Shown in pieces: positions 1 to 12,253 of a stretch of 64,000 nucleotides of DNA. The translations under genes and the position numbers were made by a program. Where the stretch lies: assembly GCF_006345805.1 (NCBI RefSeq), contig NC_042997.1, positions 127,968,001 through 128,032,000 of the forward strand, given 5' to 3'. Position 1 is the stretch's first letter. Each line of letters begins with the position of its first letter. This stretch comes from Octopus sinensis (Eukaryota). The notes beneath the pieces are model-generated. The model searched no databases. It had not been told where the DNA came from and worked only from the letters and a program-made list of their open reading frames with translations.

Positions 1-284
1 GGGGCTAAATAACAACTACACTAACTATTGACCTTTCAATTTTACAATTTACCTCAGTTTATGACCAATACATTTCCTCAGATATTGGCCAGTGAACACA
101 GTTAATCTTATCAACACTTATCTGGACTACAGCTTAGTTGTTAAGCTCAACACAGAACCTGGTGTATACAAGCAAAACCAGGAAGCCGCTATGCTGGCAT
201 TCAGAGAGCAAGCAATAGCACCCAAATCTCCCTCAAATCACACCTTAATGTTCTAAAAGAGAAACAAAGATGCATTATATGTCA

Positions 285-550
285 CCATGACTGTGATCGA
301 CCAGGCTATCAGATGTTGCTACACATCGCTGGTCACAATGCACTTCGCATTGTTTTAACCGTCAAATGGTGCCACCCAGCTGGCTAAGAGAGCAGGCCAA
401 CAGTGTGAGAGAAAGTTGTGGTGAAAGAGTACCGCAGGGATCACCACCATCCCCTGCCAAAGCACCATGGAGCTTTAGGTGTTTTCGCTCAATAAACACT
501 CACAACGCCCAGTCTGGGAATTAAAACCCCGATCCTAATGCCCTAACCAA
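285..550 (-). mobile_element. Degenerate tRNA-headed SINE-like repeat
   Basis: Minus strand near 550 reads ggttagggcattaggatcggggttttaattcccagactgggcgttgtg (A/B-box-like head) followed by a body I recognise as a common octopus-type repeat; recognition from memory only. Confidence 0.55.
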
Positions 551-613
551 TACCTTCAAAAAGTAAGACCAATTATCCCTCAACAGTTTTCCACTTGGTT
601 AGACTAGACCAAA

Positions 614-826
614 GGCGGCGTGCTGGCAGAAATGTTAGCATAGCCGTATTTCGTCTACTGTTATGTTCTGAGTTCAAATTCCGCCGAGGTCGACTTTGCC
701 TTTCATCCTTTTGGGGTCAATAAATTAAGTACCAGTTACACACTGAGGTCGATGTTATCGACCTAATCCATTTGTCTATCCTTGTTTGTCCCCTCTGTGT
801 GTAGCCCCTTGTGGGTAGTAAAGAAA
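614..826 (+). mobile_element. SINE family A (GGCGGCGAGCTGGCAGAA head, ends AAAGAAATA)
   Basis: B-box-like GAGTTCAAATTCC; perfect 16-bp TSD TAGACTAGACCAAAGG at 600-615 and 827-842; many homologous copies in the window. Confidence 0.93.
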
Positions 827-1127
827 TAGACTAGACCAAAGGTAAAACAATAACAGCAATATTTATCTCAAAATTTAAAGAGCAGTTGAGCTGTGTCTTA
901 CTGTAGCAGGAGTTTGAAGCTCATGGACCACTTCACCTCCCTGATTGATCACTTCTTTTTCCCTGAGAAATGGCATCCATTTCACTCATGGAGCACCTCC
1001 CACCTATTAATGGGCCACTTTCTTTTCCTTGATGAGCCATTTTCCTTTCACTGGTGGACAACCTTCTTCTCACTGATGGACCACTTCCTTGACATAGATG
1101 AACCACTTCCCTCTCACTGCTAGTACC

Positions 1128-1330
1128 TATTTCTTTACTACCCACAAGGGGCTAAACACAGAGAGGACAAACAAAGACAGAGAAACGGATTAAGTCGATT
1201 ATATCGACCCCAGTGCAAACTGGTCCTTAATTTATCGACCCCAAAAGGATGAAAGCAAAGTCGACCTCGGCAGAATTTGAACTCAGAACGAAATACCGCT
1301 TAGCATTCTGCCCGACATGCTAACATTTCT
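1128..1330 (-). mobile_element. SINE family A, 5'-truncated
   Basis: Reverse complement of the 614-826 element; perfect 16-bp TSD TCTCACTGCTAGTACC at 1112-1127 and 1328-1343. Confidence 0.92.
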
Positions 1331-1683
1331 CACTGCTAGTACCACCAAGATCTGCATCCACAGTCGGCTTCACCTAGGCTCGCGCCCTTCCAGTTGTAGA
1401 CCACTTCTCTCTCACTGTTGGAACAACCCATCATTGATGGATCACTTCTCTCATTGATGGACCGCTTCCCTCACACTAATGGACTACTTCCCCTCTCTTG
1501 GTACACTACTTACCTCTCACTGATGGGTCACTTTCTTCTCAGTTGAACTATTTCTCTCTCATTGATAGACAAATTCTCTTTCACTGATTGAGCACCTTTG
1601 TCTCACCGATGGACCATTTTCCTCTCGTTGATGGATCACCTCTCTCTTACTGATGAGCAATTTCCCTCTCATTGTTGGATACC

Positions 1684-2020
1684 TGTGCTGGTGGCACGTA
1701 AAAAGCACCGTCTGAACATGGCCAATGCCAGCACTGCATTGACTGGCTTCTGTGCCAGTGGCACATAAAAAGCACCAAACGATTGTGGTCGCTGCCAGCC
1801 TCCCCTGGCACATAAAAAGCACCCACTACACTCACGGAGTGGTTGGCGTTAGGAAGGGCATCCAGCTGTAGAAACACTGTCAGATCAGACTGGAGCCTGG
1901 TGCAGCCTCCTGGCTTCCCAGACCCCGGTTGAACCATCCAACCCATGCTAGCATGAAAAACGGACGTTAAGCAATGATGATGATGATGATGATGATGATA
2001 ATGATGATGATGATGATGAT
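1684..2020 (+). mobile_element. SINE family B, 5'-truncated, (GAT)n tail
   Basis: Three internal GTGGCACRTAAAAAGCACC-like modules (1691, 1758, 1806), 3' end GGACGTTAA plus (GAT)n; homologous to 5618-5992. Confidence 0.88.
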
Positions 2021-2528
2021 GTTGGACTACCTTCACATTGATGGAATATTTCCCTCTCAGTAACAGACCAATTTTCTTTTCAATGATAGACAACCTTCTC
2101 CTCACTGATAGACCACCACCCCCTCATTGTTAAACCACTTCCCACTCACTGATGGACCACCTTCCATGGACTGATGATCACTTCACTCTCACTGATGGAA
2201 CATCTTCTCCCTGATGGATCACTACTTCCTCACTGGTGGACCACACCCCCATTATTGATGGACCACTTTCCTCTCACTGATGAACTGTTTCTATCTCATT
2301 GATGGAGCACTTCCCACTGACCAATGGGCCACCTTTTTCCCATTTATTGACCACTTCTCTATCAGTAATGGACTGATTCTCTCTCATCGAAGGACCACTT
2401 CCTTATCACAGTTGGACAGCATCCCTCACACCCTTCTCATTGCTAGGTCAGTTTCCTTTCACAGGTGAACCACTACTCTCAAACTAATGAGTTATTTTCC
2501 TTTTTCTTTATCAACTACATCTCTCCCT

Positions 2529-2941
2529 TATTTCTTTACTGCCCACAAGGGGCTAAACACAGAGAGGACAAACAAGGACAGACAAATGGATTAAGTCAAC
2601 TATATCAACCCCAGTACGTAACTGGTACTTATTTAATCAATCCCGAAAGGATGAAAAGCAAAGTCAACCGCGGCAGAATTTGAACACAGAACGTAACAGC
2701 AAATGAAATACCTATTTCTGTACTACCCACAAGGGGCTAAACACAGAGAGGACAAACAAGGACAGACAAATGGATGAAGTCGATTATATTGACCCCAGTG
2801 CATAACTGGTACTTTATTTATCTACCTGGAAAGGATGAAAGGCAAAGTCGACCTTGGCGAAATTTGAACTCAGAATGTAACGGCAGATGAAATACCGCTG
2901 AGCATTTCGCCCGGCGTGCTAACGTTTCTGCCAGCTTGCCA
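2529..2941 (-). mobile_element. SINE family A head-to-tail dimer
   Basis: Two body units joined at GAAATACC|TATTTCT (2705-2719); a single head near 2941. Confidence 0.9.
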
Positions 2942-3014
2942 CTAGACCACCCCCCCTGCCACTGATCGATTACCTTCCTTTCAATGTGGATAAAACTGTC
3001 ATATAAACAACTGT

Positions 3015-3365
3015 ATGATAATGATGGTGATGATGATGGTGGTGGTAGTGTTGTTGGTGGTGGTGGTGGTGGTATTGGTGGTGGTGGTGGTGGTGGTTTT
3101 GGATTGGGGGCGGCTATGGTGGTGGTGATGACTTTGTTGGTAAGGACGTGGGGATATTTCCTGACGTTCATAATGATAGTGTTGAATGTAATAAGAACAA
3201 GGGAGAGAGCTGGTGATTATGATGATGATGATGATGGCAACTGCAACTATTATGACCATGGTTACGGCTACAACAACCAGCACCATCACTGCCACAAAAA
3301 CAACAGCAGCAACAACAATATCAACAACAACAACAACAACAACAACGATGACGACGATGATGCTA
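3015..3365. repeat. Compound trinucleotide microsatellites (GAT/GGT/AAC)n
   Basis: Directly visible; source of the Gly-, Asn- and Thr-rich ORFs. Confidence 0.9.
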
Positions 3366-3879
3366 GCAAGAAATATATACTGGCTGAGTCTGGCTCAGCA
3401 ATAATTCCTTCAGAAATGTAAATGAAAATGTGGAGAAGTTATTTCCTGAACGTGTCGGGAATTAAACAAAGAAAAATAAAGATAACAGCAACAACAACAC
3501 AAAAAAAAAATGTGATTGAAAAAAAATAAAAATGAAGCGAAAAACATATAACAATAAATAAATAAACAAAAATAAATAAAAATATATCTGGTCCTTGACT
3601 GTTTGAAAAACAACACATTATTAGTGTCTTAACAGATATTTCTTTTTATATTTTCTGAGTCACTTTCCTAACCTGTCCTTATAATTTGATTGATTTTGTC
3701 TGCGGTGATTGTAAGAATCAATATTTCTTCAATCTGTTCTCCAGATAATTCTTTATCGCTGATATCTATGTATTCTTACCGAATATTGCCGCAGCCACTT
3801 CTCTTATGGACATCTAACGCTCGGGGTAATCTAGATACTGCCTGCCTGTCTGCCTGCCTTTCTTACTGACTGGCTGGCT

Positions 3880-4572
3880 GGCTGTTTTTTGTGTGTGTTT
3901 ATATGCATGTGTATGTTTGTGTGTATGTGTATGTTTGTGTGTATGTGTATGTTTGTGTGTATGTGTATGTTTGTGTGTATGTGTATGTTTGTGTGTATGT
4001 GTATGTTTGTATGTTTGTGTATGTTTGTGTGTATGTTTGTGTGTATGTTTGTGTGTGAGTGTATGTTGTTTGTGTGTATGTGTATGTTTGTGTGTGAGTG
4101 TATGTTTGTGTGTACGTGTATGTTTGTGTGTATGTGTATGTTTGTATGTTTGTGTATGTTTGTGTGTATGTTTGTGTGTATGTTTGTGTGTATGTTTGTG
4201 TGTGAGTGTATGTTGTTTGTGTGTATGTGTATGTTTGTATGTTTGTGTATGTTTGTGTGTGAGTGTATGTTTGTGCATATGTGTATGAGTGTATGTTTGT
4301 GCATATGTGTATGTGTATGTTTGTGTGTGAGTGTATGTTGTTTGTGTGTATGTGTATGTTTGTATGTATGTTTGTATGTGAGTGTATGTTGTTTGTGTGT
4401 ATGTGTATGTTTGTATGTTTGTGTATGTTTGTATGTATGTTTGGGTGTGAGTGTATGTTGTTTGTGTGTAAGTGTATGTTTGTGTGTATGTGTATGTTTG
4501 TGTGTATGTGTATGGTTGTGTGAGATGTTTGTGTGTATATGTATGTGTATGTTTGTGTGTGAGTGTCTGTAT
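3880..4572. repeat. Compound (GT/GTAT/GTTT) microsatellite array
   Basis: About 690 bp of gtatgtttgtgt-type units. Confidence 0.95.
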
Positions 4573-4875
4573 TAGTGATGTTGTTTCAACATGGTGTCTT
4601 CATTGTTTCTTGTTAATAAAGAAATTATTGATTTTTTAAAAAGTTCGTTTGGTTTTTGATGGTGGTGGGGTTGGGGTAGAGCTGACTTGAAAGTTTTTTT
4701 TTTCCTTCCATCTTCAGAAAATACTTCCATCAAAACAATATATATGTACATATAAAACATGGAGTTTATTTTTAAACACCAACTTGCACCCCCTTCTCTA
4801 TTCTTCTCTCTTTCTATATCTCTTTTTTCTCTCTCTATTTCTATCTCTATCTCTATCTCTGTCTCACTACCCCCC

Positions 4876-4908
<33 letters not shown>

Positions 4909-5617
4909 CCTCTGGCATATCTGCCAAATTTCCTTCAATACCATCTACCATTTGAATGGTAATGTAAAGTGTCATGTATTAGACGTAACAGATGCTTCGA
5001 TGAGTTATTATTGAACATCACATCAGGATGTTTTCACTTCGATTTTAGATGCTTGTTTTCCAAACTGATGAGAATTTAAATTCTCTTCTGTATAGGTCAT
5101 GTGATTGAAAAGGAAGTCATGGCATCACAGATTTATTAAAGACTGGTCACACAGTATTAGTGTCACAGTCAGAGATTAAAGAGCTAGCAACTCTGCATTG
5201 GTCATTTAATGAAGAAACCCTGACCTGTCTCCAAGGACATATAAAGGTCATGGGCACAACTGTCCATGGCTTTTGAAAGCCTTTGCAGAGAGATTAATGC
5301 AGCTGTGTCCCAGCATGATTGTTTGCAGGACTTGGATAGGGAGTACACCCAGGAGTCAGATCTTTTGGTATGAAAGCTTTTATGAGAGTGAGTTATGCTA
5401 AAAACATCCAAGGTCTAAATGGTAATGTTAAACTGGGTAACATGTGAAGCTTTCTCTCCAGAACTAGCTATACTTTATTGATTACTTTTAATTTATCTCT
5501 ACAGATTTCCTACAGAATTTAGAGCCAGCATCAAAAGTTATTACATTTCATATACGAATACATCTATGGTTGCAAAACAAAATATGGTATCCCCACCAGC
5601 AATTAATATAAACTTTA

Positions 5618-5710
5618 TGGCCATTGCCAGTGCCGCCTCGACTGGCCTCCGTGCTGGTGGCATGTAAAAAGCATGGAAAGCGGACGTTAAACGATGATAA
5701 GGATGATGAT
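5618..5710 (+). mobile_element. SINE family B, internally deleted
   Basis: AAAAAGCA is joined directly to TGGAAAGCGGACGTTAA (AGCA microhomology), then a (GAT)n tail. Confidence 0.8.
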
Positions 5711-5767
5711 TGATTGATTACATCATTACATACTGAACAGTTGGATATTCTGTATTAGTCATTAAAC

Positions 5768-5992
5768 TGATCGTGGCCGTTGCCAACCTCGCCTGGCACC
5801 TGTGCCAGTGGCACGTAAAAAGCACCCACTACACTCATGGAGTGGTTGGTGTTAGGTAGGACATCCAGCTGTAGAAACACTGCCAGATCAGACTGGGCCT
5901 GGTGCAGCCTCCTGGCTTCCCAGACCCAAGTCGAACCGTCCAACCCATGCTAGCATGGAAAGCGGATGTTAAATGATGATGATGATGATGAT
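5768..5992 (+). mobile_element. SINE family B, 5'-truncated, flanked by a 57-bp direct duplication
   Basis: Homologous to 1790-2020; identical 57-mers at 5711-5767 and 5993-6049. Confidence 0.9.
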
Positions 5993-6108
5993 TGATTGAT
6001 TACATCATTACATACTGAACAGTTGGATATTCTGTATTAGTCATTAAACGAAGGAGTGGTTATGCAGTTATGGCTACATGGTTGTAGATAGAGGAGCTTA
6101 CCAATCTA

Positions 6109-6520
6109 TACTGGTCACTGAAGAAAGAACTAGGCATGCTGCATTAGTAATATTATTACAGCAAAGAACAAGCCCCATTGTATTGGTCACTACAAGAATG
6201 ACTGATCATACTCTATTGGTTTTACATGGTCACAGGTTAAAGCACTGACAACACCGTACTGGTTATTAACTGAAAGACTGTCATGCTATATTGATGACAT
6301 TGTCACAATGAAGAATTGGCCATATTATATTGGTCACTAAACAAATGACTAATCATGCTTTACTAGTGCTATTGTCACAGTGATAAATTGACCATTCTGT
6401 ACTGGTCACTGAAAGGACTGAGCATGGTGTATTACAATATTTTCACATTCAACAAAGAGCCGGCTATTTTGTATTGGTCATTAAATGAAGAGTTTAACAT
6501 GCTGTTTTGGTCAGTTGGTT
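6109..6520. repeat. Old degenerate ~72-bp tandem repeat (about 6 units)
   Basis: TAYTGGT(C/T)A anchors at 6109, 6181, 6257, 6328, 6400, 6472 (spacings 72, 76, 71, 72, 72). Confidence 0.7.
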
Positions 6521-8134
6521 AATAAAGAAATAGAATGTTCTTCTATGCAAGCTACAGGCCACACTGACCAGTAAGAGAGTAAATAACCAAACTGTAAAAT
6601 ATTTCCTAGATATTTATTTAAAACTCAGCCACAAATGGGTCATTCACAAATGTTTTGCTTCAAAATTCAATTTTTCATTCTATTTGTGTCTTCTTCCATT
6701 TTCTCATAAGCAGAGGGAAGGGGTGGGAGATAGAGGGTGGGTGAGAGGTGGGAAGGAGAGAGAGTGGGAGAGAGGGGTGGGAGAGAGAGAGGTGGGGGAG
6801 GGAGGGAGGTAGGGGGAGAGGGGTGGGAGAGACTGAGAGAGAGAGTGGTGGGAGAGATAGAGGGGTGGGAGAGAGAGAGAGAGGCAGAAACAGACAGAGA
6901 CTCTATCCTTCCTTCAAGCAATAAGCAAAAAGAAACAACAAAAATGGTTTACTAGTGTTTAAATTATTTTTAGTTCTTCTGGTTTCATCTGTGTTGTGCA
7001 TAATATAGATATTGTTTAATTTAGAGCAAGTCAGCAAAAGCACAAATATGCTACCTAGGCTGCACACTACGTTGCTAGCCTCATTTATGTCTACTATATA
7101 TAGCAGCAAATACATGCAGTTGTATCGAGTAAAAAGTAAGATGCATCATCTCTGAGGAGTAGTCAACAAACTGTGAAACAGTCTGTAAAGAGATTCCATC
7201 CTTCTATTATCCACACATTAATAACAAAGGAAAAATGTGTTTACTTTTTATTTTGCCCAGTGATGGTTTGTAACATTTAAACATACATATGCAATTCAGT
7301 TAAGGGGTGATGTTACTGCATGAAGTACATACAAATTTCTAAGAGAATTGAAATTGACCTCTTACAGAAAGAAAATACAAACCCAGCAGTAATAGCAACT
7401 GTCTAAAAGAAGATAGGTAGGGAGATAGTTTTAAGAAATTTAGAAACCGTTTCACAAAGAAATTAATTCTCATGTGTAAGGGAAAATCAAGCATGGTTAT
7501 AGCTCTGGATATCTTTCAATCTTATTAAACTGCATCAAATAACCGACACTTAATTTATATCTCATCTTGTAGGTAAACTAGAAGTTGTCACTATGTGGCT
7601 TACTGACTGCTTCACATGAGATTCCCTGTACATAAGACAAGGCAGTGCTAAAATTAACTGCCTTTCGGGGATCTTTTCAGTTAATCACTCTTATTAAAAA
7701 CTTTACTGATGAAGGAAATAGGTGTTAATGACTCCTTTATTAATTACAGGAGTAACAGCTTTAACTTATACATCTGGGAGAACCTGCAAGGGTTAGGAGT
7801 TTCTTTTATATACTTACTTTTAGAGGATACTCAATTTTTGTATCTCACTTGTTTTCAACATGTACGTGACATTTGCATGATTTTGGATGTTAAGTCACCA
7901 TTTCAAATGTTGTGCACTTTGATCCTCACAAATATTACCATTTCCATTGGAATGTTTTAATTTATCTCTTGTGAATATCACTTTGTCTGTATGGGTGAAA
8001 AACATACATACATATATACATACATAGATACATGCATACTTACATGCATGCACACATGGATGTATGCATGCATGCATACATATATACGTGTGTGTGAGTA
8101 CATCACTGTAATTAACTGGTTCTGCAGCATCGAG

Positions 8135-9276
8135 AATAAACAGCCTGCAAACTCACTCAGTTTAATATCAAGCAAGGTTTTCTATTTTTCAAGTACAAAA
8201 TCTTTCCCCGTGAAAAGCCTAGAATTCAGTACACAATTTAGTAGAATTAACTACCTCGATATAAAAATCCTTCTTTTTGCTAAAAAGTAACATTTGTCCA
8301 AGGGAAACTGCGATGAGTATGATTTTGTCGAGTTATTAATCTTCGAGACTTTAAAAACACCACTAGTATCTGAACCAGTAAAATTCTCAGAACTTGCTAG
8401 CGTCTACGCCATGGATAAGTTCATCAAGAAACTTATAAACTGCAAAGAGTTCGACTTTGGTATAACTGTTACCACCAACTTAGCAATGGTCGACTTCGTG
8501 GATGTCATCGAAGACCTCAAGACAGGCAATTATCATTGCTACAGAAAGTCTAAATAGAAAATTTCTTATATTAATATAAATTCCACCGACACCTGAACTG
8601 TTATCAGAAACCTAATCACGGGTATTAGCTGAAGAATCCCAAATCAATCGACAGATAGAAGAATCCCAAATCAATAATAGGGCCACACCAAATTATAACG
8701 AGGTACTAGTGAAAGTAGTTGTCTTCATTCCATCTAGATGTTTCCATTATTGTAGCTAGAAACTTTCTGTCGCAAATTAGACAGCATTTTCTGAGAATCC
8801 ATTGTTATGATCAACTCTTTAATGCCAATAACGTCAAGATTAGCTACTCATGCTTAGATAACATCGCTTCTAGCATTTCACGCAACAAGAGAAACAAAAG
8901 CACACCCACTCAGTCTTCCCACACGCACATACACCCCAGACAGTAAATGCTGAAATACCACTAATCCCCTGAGATGACCTGCTTCTCAAAGGCAATGGGC
9001 AATAGAGTCACCCTTACACAATCCAACAGTCTCACTATACGAACATAACAGCCAGTGATCTCAAGGGAAGAGTTACACCGCACTCATTGTCTACACTCAT
9101 TCAGGTGTAGAAACAGGAAATTCTCTACGTTTCTCTGCCACTCCATCTGTAAGCTCCGGGATCAAGGAAACGATTTCCCTCATATCATACAGATCATCCT
9201 TGACAGGACCCTTCCATACTCACATGGTGTTAGTAACTACCAACTTTATCACCGTGAGAAACTGCATATACTGTGA
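8135..9276 (+). mobile_element. Penelope-like element remnant (RT plus GIY-YIG endonuclease region), pseudogenised
   Basis: ORF pieces NLAMVDFVDVIEDLKTGNYHCYRK, FLSQIRQHFLRIHCYDQLFNANNVKISYSCLDNIASSISR and STFLCHSICKLRDQG...LPYSHGVSNYQLYHREKLHI match, in order, PLE motifs (VNFLDVTLDL..GKY.PYRK; HFP..H...FNRNNVKISYSC; TELSKYIWKLK...PY...C.LC..EK). Confidence 0.88.
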
Positions 9277-9429
9277 CACACATACATACTCTCTCCGCCC
9301 TCTCTCTCTCCCTCCTTTCCTCATGCACACACACATGCACACAAGTATATAGTACATTCTTTTATTCTTTTGCGCGTTTCAGCTCAAAGGCTTTGGTCAT
9401 GCTTGAGGCACCACAAGTATTAATCAACT

Positions 9430-11652
9430 TTATAATGGCTATTCTTTTGTGATTGACTTTTGGTGAAGGAGGGAGTTTGATATTGCCGACCTCTTTTGAG
9501 TTTTTTGCCATGATGTAGCTTCATCTGAGACCTTCGACTGCAGAAGGTCAAGTTATTTCTTGAAAGCATCTCCTCTACCCATATAGATTTGTCAGACTTT
9601 TTGGAAATATATTAAATAGCTGTGGGCCTTCAAATCCCAAGCTGTTACAGTACCTGGTCTTCACTCTAGACGAGATGGATATGACCTCTGGAAAAGCGCA
9701 ATGACATCCAGTTCGGGAGCTGGTATAACTCGATGCCAAAGTTTGGTGCCAAATCCTCTAAGACTTCAACATGCACATCTTTCGTCTTCACTCCAGGAAG
9801 TAGAATCGTTGCTCTTCAAGTCTCTCGCTGTAGTTCAGCTGTCCCATTGATGCAATCTTCTTGGTGTAGCACCGCTGAATTGCTTCAAACTCCGCTGTTA
9901 ATTTGACACTGCAAGGTGACCACAGTGGGAGTGGTAGTCAGACGGCTGATGACAAATGTCCGCCATGGAACCAGCATAGTTTTCTGGTCCCTTGTTCTGC
10001 CAGTTCTCGGAATCCATCCGATAATGCCACCATGTTGGTCATATTTACATGAAACGAAGTGCCGTTGCTCGTATCAGTCCCAAGATCATGCACTGTGTTT
10101 GACCATAAACTGCCGCTCCTTTTTGGTCCAAAATAACATTGTTGTGGAATGTTAGCGCAAGCTGACTAATAGCGTGCACTTAGAATTAAATTGCATGTTG
10201 TTTTCTTCAGCCTAGTTATATATGGCATCTGGGTCTTTCTGTAAAAGATTGATATCAACAGGTTTTTTGACTGCTTGAACTACTTTTGTATTGTTGGCAC
10301 AGCTAGTGAGTAGGGCTGGTTTTGTAACTGATGGTATGTCCGAGAGAGCCACCATAAACAACAGCGACCCCAATACAGTTACAATCTCCTTGGAGAGGAC
10401 TCTACTGGCTGCTACGGCTTGGCTTCTGTCTTTTAAGAAATTATATAAACACTCTCCCAGTTTTCTGACAATGCCGAGTCACCGTAGCTTATGACATATC
10501 ATTCAGGGTTCAAATTTATCAAATGCCTTTGCAAACTCGAGGAATATCTTACCCACGTTTGAGCGACTCATTTGTTGTTTGAACACTCAGTCATAATGCC
10601 GCAGAATCTGTATAAGACATCTTTTTCCTAAGAGAAATCCACGCTGGTTACCAGGGAGCAAGTCGTTATATTCTAGGAACGTGATCAGCTTCCACTTGAA
10701 AATGCGTTCCATGACTTTGCTGACGTATGTGGTTAGAAAAGCAGGACTATAATTTTTAACATTCGCTCTGTTACCTCTTTTTAGGATAGGACACATGCTA
10801 ACCTTTAATTTCCTGGGAAGTCTGCCATTTGCAAGGAAGCTTTGGAAGATCTGTAGTACTCCTCCTAAAGCCCTTTGTATTTCTTTAGGAGGATTGCAGG
10901 GAATCCATCAGGGTCTGCGGTTGAGTCTAAGCTCATTTCATCAGTAGCTGATATTACATCAGCTTCATCTATTTCGATGTAATCCATTTGTGTAGAACTG
11001 TATTGCCAAACAACTCAGGCATCGCTATTTTCAAGTGTCCTAACGGAGTTGTGAAAAAACTTTCATGTTGCACATTCAGTATTTCACGTATCCTACAGGG
11101 GTCTGCAGTCAGTGAACCATTTTCTTCGAACAGTGGCTCTGTCTTGTACTGTACTGAAGCAGACTCTTTAGTAAGTCTATAGGAAGCTTTAAGGTTTGTC
11201 TTTACAATTTTACAACCTTGGCTTCTTGGTCTGTCCTCCTCTTGTGATGGGAGTGCTTGAATTCACTTTCAATCGCTATTCGTTTGAGATAGAATTCTTC
11301 ACTATCCTTTAGTGGCCCGTTAAGACGATTTGAAATCTGTACTCGTTGTCTTATTAGACTCTTCCCATCTCTGAGAATTATATTTTCCTGTAGGTTTGAC
11401 ATTCTCTCTGGAGTAAATTTATTACATAAGTCGTGAATGACTGTTATAAAGTACAGGACCTATTTGTCAATATCCTGCGTAGAAAGACTGGAGGACTAGT
11501 TTTGTTCCAGGACCTCTTTCCGAATACTTTTCCAATAAGGTTTATTGAAGTTCAAACTGGAAAGGAGTAGAGTGCTTCTAGTAGCTTGCATGTCTGTAGT
11601 TTTCTGAGGATCATAGGCTAAGTTATGGTCCGAGAAAATCGTCGATATCACC
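9430..11652 (-). mobile_element. CR1-like LINE ORF2 remnant (end of APE endonuclease, RT, C-terminus)
   Basis: FSDHN at about 11620; KRGNRANVKNYSP...SKVMERI...QRGF (10587-10796); C-terminal CNSLGFEGPQLFN...DAFKK*LD; colinear with 33760-35340. Confidence 0.9.
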
Positions 11653-12136
11653 TTAATATATATATATATATATCAATAATAATATAGGGTGAAAAGCCCC
11701 ATTCGAGGAAGGTTTAAGTAATACTAAGTAATTAAGGGTTTAGCAACGATTTGCCTCACCACACACCGAATTTAGAAATAGCAGTCAAAAGAGTTTTGGC
11801 TATTCTTTCTACTTAAAAGGGAGATCCCAGTAAAACCATAGCACTTAAAAGGCAAACAACGCAGGCAAAAGAGAAAGAAATGACGATAATCATTCTACAT
11901 TAAGTCACCTACGGACGTACGTTTCGGAATTAAGCCGAAACGTACGTCCGTAGGTGACTTAATGTAGAATGATTATCGTCATTTCTTTCTCTTTTGCCTG
12001 CGTTGTTTGCCTTTTAAGTGCTATGGTTTTACTGGGATCTCCCTTTAAGTAGAAAGAATAGCCAAAACTCTTTTGACTGCTATTTCTAAATTCGGTGTGT
12101 GGTGAGGCAAATCGTTGCTAAACCCTTAATTACTTA

Positions 12137-12138
<2 letters not shown>
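11653..12138. mobile_element. Foldback element: 205/204-bp inverted arms (11723-11927, 11935-12138), 7-nt spacer, (TA)n flanks; probable PLE-type terminal repeat
   Basis: Arms are identical except for one T indel (checked base by base); 70-bp unpaired extension on the left; centre carries GAAAC-GTAC-GTC, a hammerhead 3' half. Confidence 0.85.
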
Positions 12139-12208
<70 letters not shown>

Positions 12209-12209
12209 G

Positions 12210-12253
12210 TGGTTTTCACCCAGGTGACCCAGGTTCGATTCTGGGCATAGGAA
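12210..12253 (+). pseudogene. tRNA-Glu: tRNA-Glu(UUC) 3'-half pseudogene
   Basis: TGGTTTTCACCCAGGTGACCCAGGTTCGATTCTGGGCATAGGAA matches the eukaryotic tRNA-Glu(TTC) anticodon arm, T arm and acceptor 3' strand; T-run follows; 5' half absent. Confidence 0.75.

Larger units (their letters stand above)
918..2980. repeat. Degenerate ~21-bp minisatellite (approx. CTGATGGACCACTTCCTCTCA) interrupted by SINEs
   Basis: Recurrent atggaccacttc/ctcactgatgga units in 918-1127, 1328-1683, 2021-2528 and 2942-2980; explains the 7-aa periodic ORF 893-1123. Confidence 0.8.

Noticed and set aside
2984-3421. 145-aa Gly/Asn/Asp-rich ORF
   Set aside because: Built from (GGT)n, (GAT)n and (AAC)n microsatellites; overlapping ORFs on both strands; no domain.
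3814-4575. Several long overlapping ORFs (HT/CV/MF repeats)
   Set aside because: Translation of a compound GT microsatellite. The same applies to the (TA)n, (CATA)n, (GA)n and (GATA)n ORFs throughout the window.
5065-5090. CTGATGA followed by a small hairpin
   Set aside because: No GAAA or stem III follows; not a hammerhead.
5096-5372. Protein-like short frames after a possible acceptor (e.g. MAFESLCREINAAVSQHDCLQDL)
   Set aside because: Frames are short, need frameshifts to join, and match nothing I recognise.
6109-6520. Repeat-spacer-like periodicity suggestive of CRISPR
   Set aside because: Eukaryotic context, degenerate anchors, spacers related to one another, no cas genes.
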